DNA of 64,000 nt from Acidobacteriota bacterium (GTDB lineage Bacteria; Acidobacteriota; UBA6911; RPQK01; JAJDTT01), in assembly GCA_965217775.1 (NCBI GenBank), contig CBDCJH010000002.1:4288001-4352000 (forward strand), read 5' to 3'. The position numbers and the translations under genes were made by a program. This document shows positions 12,477-20,112 of the stretch, one piece after another; position 1 is the first letter of the stretch, and the number at the start of each line of letters is the position of its first letter. A model generated the notes under the pieces. That model ran no database searches. It was not told the origin of the DNA and saw only the letters and a program-made list of their open reading frames with translations.

Positions 12477-13562
12477 TTGAAGAAGACCCGGCTCCTTGTC
12501 CTGCTGAGCGGAGTGCTGGTCCTTGGCGCAGCCGGACCTGGGCCCGCCGTCGTCGAGGCGGGTGGGAACGCTGGGCCGCCGGGAGCGCAGTCCGGAGTGG
12601 TCGAGAGCCGGCTGAAGCAGGACTCCAGGCTCCGGAATCCCCTCAAGACCCAATTTCCCAGACAGAAGCTGGATGCGATGGCGAGCCGATTCGGCGGGCG
12701 GATCGGCTTCTACGCCAGGAACCTGGCCGACGGGGCCGAGTATTCCTGGAACGGCAACCAGCGGTTTCCTCCGGCCAGCGTGATCAAGCTGCCGGTCATG
12801 ATCGAACTCTACCGGCAGGCGGCCGCCGGCTCTCTCGATCTGGATGCCAAGGAGCCTCTCCCCCAGGACGTCTCGACCCACGGCAGCGGTGTCCTCAAGC
12901 GCCGCGACGGGCCGATCGCCCTCACCTTGCGCGAATATTGCCGTCTGATGATGGTCCACAGCGACAACATGGCTACCGACCTGGTGATGCGGAAGGTCGG
13001 GCTGGACGCGGTCAACCGGTTCCTGGGGAATCTGGGACTGGAAAATACGCGGGCGTCCATGGACTTGGGCCGATGGCACTACCTGATCGTCGGCATGAGG
13101 GACGCTCCCATCTCTCGCGAGAACGATGCCCGGATCCTGGAACAGATGCGGGCCGGGCTATACGACGACGGGATGGGGTACTCCGACTCTCTGGTCAACA
13201 ACGTCTGTGGGCCGCGCGACATCGGATCGCTATTGGCAAGTCTCTATCGCGGCGAATTGGCAAGCCGGCACGACACCGACGAGATGCTGGATCTGATGCG
13301 CACCTCCACCCACAAACGAACCATCGCCAAGTACGTCAAGGAAGGCATCCGGGTAGCCAACAAATATGGCGGAAGCCGGAGGATTGCAGCCGACGCGGGA
13401 ATTGTCGAGTTGCCCAATGGGGCGGTAGCCATCGCCGCCTTCGCGCTGGCCAAGGATCCGAGCGATCGATCGGGCCGCGAGATTCTGGCCCGCATGTCGG
13501 GCCTCGCCGTCGCCACCTCGGATCCCAACGCCGTTAAACCAGTACCGCCTTCCAATCCCTAG
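12477..13562 (+). CDS. Serine hydrolase, class A beta-lactamase-like (Beta-lactamase2 family)
   Basis: SVIK (SxxK), SDN and KYG (KTG-like) motifs; signal peptide after TTG 12477. Confidence 0.85.
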   Translation: MKKTRLLVLLSGVLVLGAAGPGPAVVEAGGNAGPPGAQSGVVESRLKQDSRLRNPLKTQFPRQKLDAMASRFGGRIGFYARNLADGAEYSWNGNQRFPPASVIKLPVMIELYRQAAAGSLDLDAKEPLPQDVSTHGSGVLKRRDGPIALTLREYCRLMMVHSDNMATDLVMRKVGLDAVNRFLGNLGLENTRASMDLGRWHYLIVGMRDAPISRENDARILEQMRAGLYDDGMGYSDSLVNNVCGPRDIGSLLASLYRGELASRHDTDEMLDLMRTSTHKRTIAKYVKEGIRVANKYGGSRRIAADAGIVELPNGAVAIAAFALAKDPSDRSGREILARMSGLAVATSDPNAVKPVPPSNP

Positions 13563-13657
13563 GAGTCTGCGCGGTAGAAATGATCGTAGCGAGAAAGTGG
13601 GGAATCTGGACCGATTCTACCGCTTTCGCAGTAGATCAATTTCTGCGGCGCAGGCTC
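13563..13657. mobile_element. MITE family A, internally deleted copy (95 bp) between CTAG sites
   Basis: Imperfect TIRs GAGTCTGCGCGGTAGAAATGATC / GATCAATTTCTGCGGCGCAGGCTC; CTAG at 13559-13562 and 13658-13661; near-identical to 27140-27298 apart from a 64-bp deletion. Confidence 0.8.
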
Positions 13658-13661
13658 CTAG

Positions 13662-13819
13662 CAGCCCGTGGCAAAAGTCATCACGGCATTCGACCGTCCC
13701 TGCATCCCGGCGGACGGCGTTGCGATTCGGGCACATACTCCCGGTATGCACCCGAATCGCGCCTTGTCCGGCGGGCGCAGGAACGGTCTCGGTGCTCGCG
13801 GGACTTTCACCACGGACTG
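13662..13819. mobile_element. MITE family B, full-length palindromic copy (158 bp) between CTAG sites
   Basis: TIRs CAGCCCGTGGCAAAAGTC / GACTTTCACCACGGACTG; long internal hairpin (GCGATTCGGGCACATAC-tcccg-GTATGCACCCGAATCGC); CTAG on both sides; related copies at 23785 and 43667. Confidence 0.8.
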
Positions 13820-13929
13820 CTAGCGCTCAAGCCGATCATGACTGCGCCATGCGACCGGCATGGAAAGTCGAGACGGCTCTCGCGGCGGCCCTTCCGGCTC
13901 CTTGACTACGCTCTCTCGCTCCGACTCTA

Positions 13930-15954
13930 ATGGCCTGTATGTCACGCCTTTTCATCATCATCTCCTCATTCCTATTCTTCCTGAGTCCGCTCTGGGCCCG
14001 CGTCGTCCGGGTGGAGGTCCAGGAGAGGGATCCGATCCTGGAGGGTGAGCCCTATCCCCTCGTGGGCCCCTACGAAAGGATCACGGGACGCGTGCACTTT
14101 GCTGTCGATCCCGAATTGGGACCCAACCGGATCATCACCGACATCCGGAAAGCGCCCCGCAACGATCGGGGTGAGGTGGAGTTCTCCTCCGATTTCGTGC
14201 TTATGAAGCCGGTCCGGGTGGAGCGGGGCAACGGCGCCCTGCTCTACGAGGTCTCCAACCGGGGTGGGAAAAACATGCTGGGCTTCTTCAGCCTGGCCCG
14301 GTTCCGCCGCGACCCCATGGCCCGCGAGGATTTCGGGGACGGATTCCTCATGCGCCGGGGATTCACGCTCCTGTGGCTGGGATGGCAGCTGGATCCGCCC
14401 CATCGAAAGGGGAATGTTCGTGTATACCCGGCCATCGCCCGGGATCCGGAAGGCCCCGTCACCGGCCTCGTGAGGTGTGACTTCGTGGTCAAGACCCAGG
14501 TCGAACATCGCCTGCTCTCGGACCGCAGGCACATTCCCTATCCCGTGTCCGATCCCAACGACCCCGAGAACTCCATGACGGTCCGGGATGCCGTCGAGGG
14601 CGAGCGCCGGATCATTCCCCGCGACCGCTGGCGATTCGCCCGAATGGAGGGGGGACGGCCGGTGCCCGATCCGACCCACGTGGTGCTGGAAGGCGGATTC
14701 GAGCCCCGCAGGATCTACGAAGTGGTCTACCGGGCCCAGGACCCTCCCCTGGTGGGACTGGGCCCAGCGGCGGTGCGGGACATGATCTCCCACCTCAAGT
14801 ACGAGGGCGATCCGGTGCTGACCATTCCCCGGAGCGCCCTGAATCGGGCCCTCGGGTACGGCAGCTCCCAGAGCGGCCGGTTCCTGCGGACCTTCCTCTA
14901 CCAGGGTTTCAATGAGGACGAGCAGAACCGGCGCGCCTTCGACGGGCTCATGCCACACGTGGCGGGTGCGGGACGGGGCAGCTTCAACCACCGCTTCGCC
15001 CAACCGTCCCGGGATGCCCAGCCCTTCTCCAACTTCTTCTATCCCACCGACATCTTCCCCTTCACCGGCACGGCCCAGACCGACCCGGTGACCGGGCAGA
15101 CCGACGGGCTGCTCATCCACTTCTCCCGGCCTGAGCTGTGCCCCAAGATCTTCTACATCAATACCTCGTATGAGTACTGGGGCCGGGCCTCCTCCCTGAT
15201 TCACACCACCCTGGACGGAACCCGGGATGTGGAGCTGATGGATCAGGTTCGCCACTACCTCTTTGCCGGAAGCCAGCATTCCCCCGGACGCTTCCCTCCC
15301 GATCGGACAACGGGAGAACAACTCAACAATCCGCTGGAGATTCGCTGGACGATGCGCGCCCTGCTCGTGGCCCTGGACCGATGGGTGACCGACGGCGCGA
15401 CTCCGCCCCCGAGCCGCTACCCCCGCCTGGACCGCGACACGCTGGTCCCGTTTCCCGAGTTCGACTTTCCCCAGTTGCCGGGAGTCCGGGTGCCCACCCG
15501 AATCCACCGGGCGTACCGGGTGGATTACGGTCCCCGGTTTCGTTCGGAAGGTATCGTGAGCTTCCAGCCGCCTCGAGTCGGCGCCCCCTTTCCGATCCTG
15601 GTCCCCAAGGTCGACGCCGACGGTAACGAGCTGGCGGGGATTCGCCTGCCGGAGGTGGCGGTGCCCCTGGCCACCTACACGGGGTGGAACCTCTTCGGCC
15701 CCGGCAAGGGTCCGCCGACGGAAATATGCAGTTTCCGGGGCTCTTACATTCCCTTCGCACGGAGCAAGCAGGAGCGCCTCGAGGCGGGTGACCCGCGCCC
15801 GTCCGTCCGGGAGAGGTACGGGAGCCGGGATGAGTACCTGGGCCGGGTGAGTGCGGTCGCCCTCGAACTCATGGATGAAGGCTATCTGCTGTCCCAGGAC
15901 GTTCCCCGGATCCTGGAGATAGCGGCTCAGCGCTGGGATTACCTGATGCGCTGA
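13930..15954 (+). CDS. Secreted alpha/beta-hydrolase-domain protein (Abhydrolase_10 type), paralog 1
   Basis: YEVSNRGGK, GSSQSGRFLR, EYWGRASSL, PKVDADGNELAGIRLPEVAVPLATYTGWN; 674 aa, colinear with 24038..26062. Confidence 0.85.
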   Translation: MACMSRLFIIISSFLFFLSPLWARVVRVEVQERDPILEGEPYPLVGPYERITGRVHFAVDPELGPNRIITDIRKAPRNDRGEVEFSSDFVLMKPVRVERGNGALLYEVSNRGGKNMLGFFSLARFRRDPMAREDFGDGFLMRRGFTLLWLGWQLDPPHRKGNVRVYPAIARDPEGPVTGLVRCDFVVKTQVEHRLLSDRRHIPYPVSDPNDPENSMTVRDAVEGERRIIPRDRWRFARMEGGRPVPDPTHVVLEGGFEPRRIYEVVYRAQDPPLVGLGPAAVRDMISHLKYEGDPVLTIPRSALNRALGYGSSQSGRFLRTFLYQGFNEDEQNRRAFDGLMPHVAGAGRGSFNHRFAQPSRDAQPFSNFFYPTDIFPFTGTAQTDPVTGQTDGLLIHFSRPELCPKIFYINTSYEYWGRASSLIHTTLDGTRDVELMDQVRHYLFAGSQHSPGRFPPDRTTGEQLNNPLEIRWTMRALLVALDRWVTDGATPPPSRYPRLDRDTLVPFPEFDFPQLPGVRVPTRIHRAYRVDYGPRFRSEGIVSFQPPRVGAPFPILVPKVDADGNELAGIRLPEVAVPLATYTGWNLFGPGKGPPTEICSFRGSYIPFARSKQERLEAGDPRPSVRERYGSRDEYLGRVSAVALELMDEGYLLSQDVPRILEIAAQRWDYLMR

Positions 15955-15981
15955 AGGAATCGTTCAGAGGAGATCGTTTCG

Positions 15982-18321
15982 ACGAAGAAGCTACTGGCGG
16001 CAACCCTGCTCCTAGCCACGACCCTCCCGGCCAGCGGCCGGCCGGCTCCAACCACGACCGACCTTCCCGACTGGGTGAGCGCTCCCGTGGATCGGGACCG
16101 GCACACCACGTTGCTGGCCCGCTTCGACGCCCCGGACAGCATTCAACCCGACTACGAGCGCGACGGGACGGGAGCGGCCGGCCGCAACTACGATGCTTCG
16201 GTCTCCGGCCGATACGGCAGCGGGATCGAGATCGACGTCCCGGGAGCCCAGATCAACCTGCGGGCTCACGGAAACATGCGCCCGGACCGGGGCACCGTCC
16301 AGTTCTGGGTCCGCAGCAAACCGGGACGGAACATCTGGCGGGACGGGCGCAGGCACTGCTTCTTCTCGGCCGCCGCCGTGCGCCGCGACCTGGAACTGTG
16401 GAAGACGACAGACAACCATCTCCGGCTCTCCTGGGCCGGCCGTCACTGGAAAGGGGACGACGAGGTCGTGGCGACTCTCGACCTTCCGGTCTCCGAGTTG
16501 GAGGCCGAGGGCTGGCACCACCTGCTCTTTTCCTGGGATGACCGGCAGGGCCGGCTCTGGCTGGCCCTCGACGGGCGGCTCCGGAGCCTCTCGGTGGGCA
16601 AACCCCTGGAGGTGGACCGCTTCCACATTCTGTTTCTGGGAGCTTCCTACTATGGGGGAGTGGGCCGTGACGGCCTCGATCCCGAGGTCGTGCTGCAGAC
16701 GGCGGGGGCGCGCTTCGACGAGCTGAAGATCAGCGACGTGACGGTCCGGGAGATGCTGGCGTTGCGGGGCCGGGAAACGCACCTGCCGGAGAAGACGGCG
16801 CTGCAGGTCCTGGACACCGTCTGCCGCCATCTGGATTTCATCAGCCGGCTCCAGGTCGACGGAGCCTGGAGCGCCATCCTCTACGCCTGGCCTCACCTGC
16901 TGCCGGGGGAGACCAGCTATCGCACCTACTTCCATCCCGGCCTGGACCGTTTCATGGAGCTGACCCACGGCAGGAACGGCACCCCGGGGGCGGGGCGCCT
17001 CTTCCTTTACGCCTATCAGGTGCTGGGGGACCAGCGCTACCTGGAGGTGGCGTGGAAGGCGGGGGAATGGCTGTTGTCGGCCCAGCAGCCGGAGGGCTAC
17101 TGGGTCAACCACTATGACCGCCACACGGGGGGACGGCCCACACCCCGGCGAGAGGTCCTCACCTCCCACCGGCGGACCGTCCACCGGAACTACCCCACCT
17201 TTCAGGACGGACGCCAGAGTCAGGCCGCCCTCTTCATGGCCCGGCTCTACCTGGTGACGCTGGAGGAGCGGTGGTTGGAGGCCTTCCGGCGCTCGGCCGA
17301 CTTCATCCTCAAAGCCCAGAACCCCAACGGCAGTTGGGGCTACACCTACAACCTGAAGGAAGGACGCAGCGAGAACCGGAACCAGGACCCCCACGGCGCC
17401 GAGTTCGACAACGGAAACCAGCGTACCCAACTCCGGGTGATGCAGTTGGCCCATCACCTGACCGGCTTGGAGAAATACCGGGATGCCATCGTTCGCAACG
17501 GCGAGTGGCATCTCGCGGCCCAGTTGGGTCCCCCGACCTACGGCTGGGCCCTGGCCTACGACGGGCGGAACCAGCCGGTCTGGTCCCGGATCTATCACCC
17601 TCCCGGACTGTCCCCCGGTTCCAGTGCGAGCGCCTGCGAAAACCTCTTTTTCCTGTATGACCTCACAGGAGATCGGAAGTATCTGGAACCGGTGTCCCGT
17701 TACCTGGAGTGGGAAAAGAGCGCCCTCATCCAGGTGACCCTGGGCGGCGAGAAAGTGGCCATGCGGAGCCAACTGGTGGACCACACCACGGGCCGCCCCA
17801 TCGCCGTGGACCTGAAGAACTGGAAGACCTATTTCCTGGACACTCCCCAGGAGCGGGCGGCGTTCCTGAAGACCGGGTCGGCGTTGTGGGCCAACCCGGA
17901 TCAGCTCCCGGAAGAGGATTTTCCCTGGGCTGCCTTCATGAAGAGGCCCGATGGGGCGCGGCTGGAACCGGAACTGCGAAAACGCCGAGAGGGATCGCGG
18001 CCCATGCCCCTGCGCATCACCCGCGTCCAACTGGCCGAGTCCATTTCCCGCTCTGCCGGTGAGGAGTTGGAGAAGATTCTGGCTCAGCAGAACGAAAGCG
18101 GAGTCTGGCCGGTTCTTAACATCAGACCGGGCGCCCAGGGCTCCTACAACATCGGGGCCTATTTCCCACTGGTCGAGTCCCGGGCCTACCGGTTGCTGTC
18201 GCTGCTGGAATGGTCGAAGATCCTGTCGGGACAGATCCAGCGCGAGATCTGGAGCTTTCCCAGCCTCATCGGGAAGCGGGAATACGACCTGCGCCGCCGG
18301 AACTGGATGGTGGACCGGTAA
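15982..18321 (+). CDS. Secreted protein: LamG-like N-domain plus (alpha/alpha)-toroid pectate lyase PL10-like domain; probable ACG start
   Basis: GTVQFW..WHHLLFSWD..FDELKIS (LamG-like); AQQPEGYW, FILKAQNPNGSWG, AEFDNG, GWALAYD (PL10-like). The frame is open upstream of GTG 16075 and reads ACG-KKLLAATLLLATTLPASG. Confidence 0.7.
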   Translation, partial: TKKLLAATLLLATTLPASGRPAPTTTDLPDWVSAPVDRDRHTTLLARFDAPDSIQPDYERDGTGAAGRNYDASVSGRYGSGIEIDVPGAQINLRAHGNMRPDRGTVQFWVRSKPGRNIWRDGRRHCFFSAAAVRRDLELWKTTDNHLRLSWAGRHWKGDDEVVATLDLPVSELEAEGWHHLLFSWDDRQGRLWLALDGRLRSLSVGKPLEVDRFHILFLGASYYGGVGRDGLDPEVVLQTAGARFDELKISDVTVREMLALRGRETHLPEKTALQVLDTVCRHLDFISRLQVDGAWSAILYAWPHLLPGETSYRTYFHPGLDRFMELTHGRNGTPGAGRLFLYAYQVLGDQRYLEVAWKAGEWLLSAQQPEGYWVNHYDRHTGGRPTPRREVLTSHRRTVHRNYPTFQDGRQSQAALFMARLYLVTLEERWLEAFRRSADFILKAQNPNGSWGYTYNLKEGRSENRNQDPHGAEFDNGNQRTQLRVMQLAHHLTGLEKYRDAIVRNGEWHLAAQLGPPTYGWALAYDGRNQPVWSRIYHPPGLSPGSSASACENLFFLYDLTGDRKYLEPVSRYLEWEKSALIQVTLGGEKVAMRSQLVDHTTGRPIAVDLKNWKTYFLDTPQERAAFLKTGSALWANPDQLPEEDFPWAAFMKRPDGARLEPELRKRREGSRPMPLRITRVQLAESISRSAGEELEKILAQQNESGVWPVLNIRPGAQGSYNIGAYFPLVESRAYRLLSLLEWSKILSGQIQREIWSFPSLIGKREYDLRRRNWMVDR

Positions 18322-18382
18322 GAGAAAAGCTCCCCCACCGGCTGCGGGCCGGCGAAATCCAAATAGAAACACGGGTGGTCTG

Positions 18383-18471
18383 GGAGCAGGGGCTTTCCAG
18401 CCGCCGGATGCGGGTCGGTGTTGAAGAGGGGGACAAGCGAAGAGGGGGACAAGGATTTCCCCCCCTCCTAC
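18383..18471. repeat. REP-like pair between convergent genes
   Basis: GGAGCAGGGGCTTTCCAGCCGCC forward, then GAAGAGGGGGACAAG twice, ending in an inverted GTAGGAGG-palindrome unit. Confidence 0.55.
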
Positions 18472-18476
18472 TTTCC

Positions 18477-19763
18477 TCATCCGGCCTGGATGGTCCGCTT
18501 CTCCGGGTCGAAGACCATGCGCTTCCCGCTCCAGTAGGAATCGGTCGCCATGATGCAGGCGATGGAGTGACCGTAGCCGGCCTCGACGGGAGCATACAGC
18601 CGTTTCGAATCTCGACTGCGGACGGCGTCCAGCCAGTTGGCCATGTGGTCGGTCTCTCCGGGATCCCCTTCGACCGGGACTTTGTCTGCCACTCTGCCGT
18701 CGGCCTTTACACCTTTGCCGGAGAAATACCAGTCGTTGTCACGATGGGAAATGGCCTCGCCCTTGAAACTTCCCAGGGTCCCGTGGACCCGGGTACCGCT
18801 GCCGTACCCGTTGATCCAGTTGGTGGAGTAGACCGCCAAGAACTTCCGGTCTCCCTTCCGGTACTCCAGGGTGATCTCCTGGGTGTCGGGATTCTCCCGG
18901 TAGTCCTTCCATTGGTAGATCCCACCATGAGCCACGACGCTCGAGGGATAGGTGACACCCGACAGCATGTGCGCCAAGTCGATGCCGTGGCTCATCCACT
19001 GGTCGATGATGCCGCTGGAGAAGTCCTTGAAAAGCCGGAAGCAGCGAAAGATCCGGGGGTCGAAGGGCCGGTGGGGTCGGCCCATGAGCCAGGTGTTCCA
19101 ATCCAGATCGCTCTCCTTGGCCATCAGGATGTCCTTTTCCTTCCGGGCCCACCGATAAGGACTGTACTTGCTCCAATGGAAGTCGACCTTGACCACGTCG
19201 CCGATGAATCCTTCGGCGATCATGCGGCTGGCCTGACGATACTTGGGATTGGCCCGTCTCTGGGTCCCGATCTGGACGATGGTGTCGGATTTGCGCACCG
19301 CGTCCAGGGCCGCGTTGGCTTCCTCCAGCACGTTGGCCATGGGTTTCTCGCAGTAGGCGTCCTTCCCCGCGTCGGCGGCCAGCTTCAGAATCTGAGCGTG
19401 GGCGTGGTCGGGGGTGGCGATGATCAGAGCGTCCACGTCGGCATCGGCCAGGATCTCTTCGTGATGACGGTAGGCCTTGGGGGCATGACCCTGCTCGGCC
19501 TTTGCCAGCTCCACGGCATTTTCGCGGCGGTAGTTCCAGAGGTCGCAGACGGCGACGAGTCGAGCGTTGAACCGCCGGTTCATCTGAAAGAACCGCTTCA
19601 GTCTGCCGGTGCCGCGCCCTCCCGGCCCCACGATTCCCAGGTTGAGGCGATTGTTGACGTTGCGAGCGCTGACGATGCCGGGAAAGCTGGCCAGGGCCAG
19701 ACCCGCTCCGGCTCCGGCCGAACGGGAAAGAAAGGAACGACGATGAATGGAAGCTTGACTCAT
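18477..19763 (-). CDS. Gfo/Idh/MocA family oxidoreductase, Tat-exported
   Basis: HRRSFL Tat motif, GIVGPGGRG, DALIIATPDHAH, YCEKP, QIGTQRR. Confidence 0.92.
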   Translation of the reverse strand: MSQASIHRRSFLSRSAGAGAGLALASFPGIVSARNVNNRLNLGIVGPGGRGTGRLKRFFQMNRRFNARLVAVCDLWNYRRENAVELAKAEQGHAPKAYRHHEEILADADVDALIIATPDHAHAQILKLAADAGKDAYCEKPMANVLEEANAALDAVRKSDTIVQIGTQRRANPKYRQASRMIAEGFIGDVVKVDFHWSKYSPYRWARKEKDILMAKESDLDWNTWLMGRPHRPFDPRIFRCFRLFKDFSSGIIDQWMSHGIDLAHMLSGVTYPSSVVAHGGIYQWKDYRENPDTQEITLEYRKGDRKFLAVYSTNWINGYGSGTRVHGTLGSFKGEAISHRDNDWYFSGKGVKADGRVADKVPVEGDPGETDHMANWLDAVRSRDSKRLYAPVEAGYGHSIACIMATDSYWSGKRMVFDPEKRTIQAG

Positions 19764-19922
19764 GTGTGGTTTCTCCTCATTGGAAGGATCCGGTCAGCGC
19801 CCGGACCGGACGACGGACGTGACTGCCGAGACTTGAAAAGTATTGATACGGAAAATGCTACAGGAGGACTCCGGCTCGGGGCAAGAGCCACGGACTTTGG
19901 AGGGGGGGATAGGAGGGGAATA

Positions 19923-20077
19923 GGAGGGGGGACTGTTAGTCTCCCATTCCGGTTTTGCCGTGCGTTGCTCGGGAACGCGGCGGTTGGAAACCGCCGCTCT
20001 GGGCGGCTGGAAACCGCCCTTCCTGGCCGGCGGTTGGAAACCGCCGCTCCTGTTCGGCGGTTGAAAACCGCCGCTCC
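19923..20077. repeat. REP cluster: one forward GGAG unit plus four inverted GGCGGTTGGAAACCGCCGCTCC-type hairpins
   Basis: Units at 19979, 20001, 20029 and 20056; same organisation as 35253-35412. Confidence 0.85.
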
Positions 20078-20112
20078 TGGCGGCGTGATTCGGTCCGAAC
20101 TATAGTGGATCT

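Noticed and set aside
12477-13562. Antibiotic-resistance beta-lactamase
   Set aside because: Fold motifs only; the class A ExxLN deacylation motif is not seen
15952-15954. In-frame TGA between the hydrolase and the next gene (readthrough or selenocysteine)
   Set aside because: The paralog ends identically (WDYLMR-TGA), and the downstream gene has its own SD and signal peptide
16012-18480. 822-aa minus-strand ORF and similar long overlapping ORFs (e.g. 18210..20105, 35473..37383, 56361..58364)
   Set aside because: High-GC shadow frames opposite genes with clear family motifs
19979-20077. Possible mini CRISPR array (also 35310-35412)
   Set aside because: Gaps between units are only 0-6 nt, the units vary, and there are no cas genes; it fits REP elements
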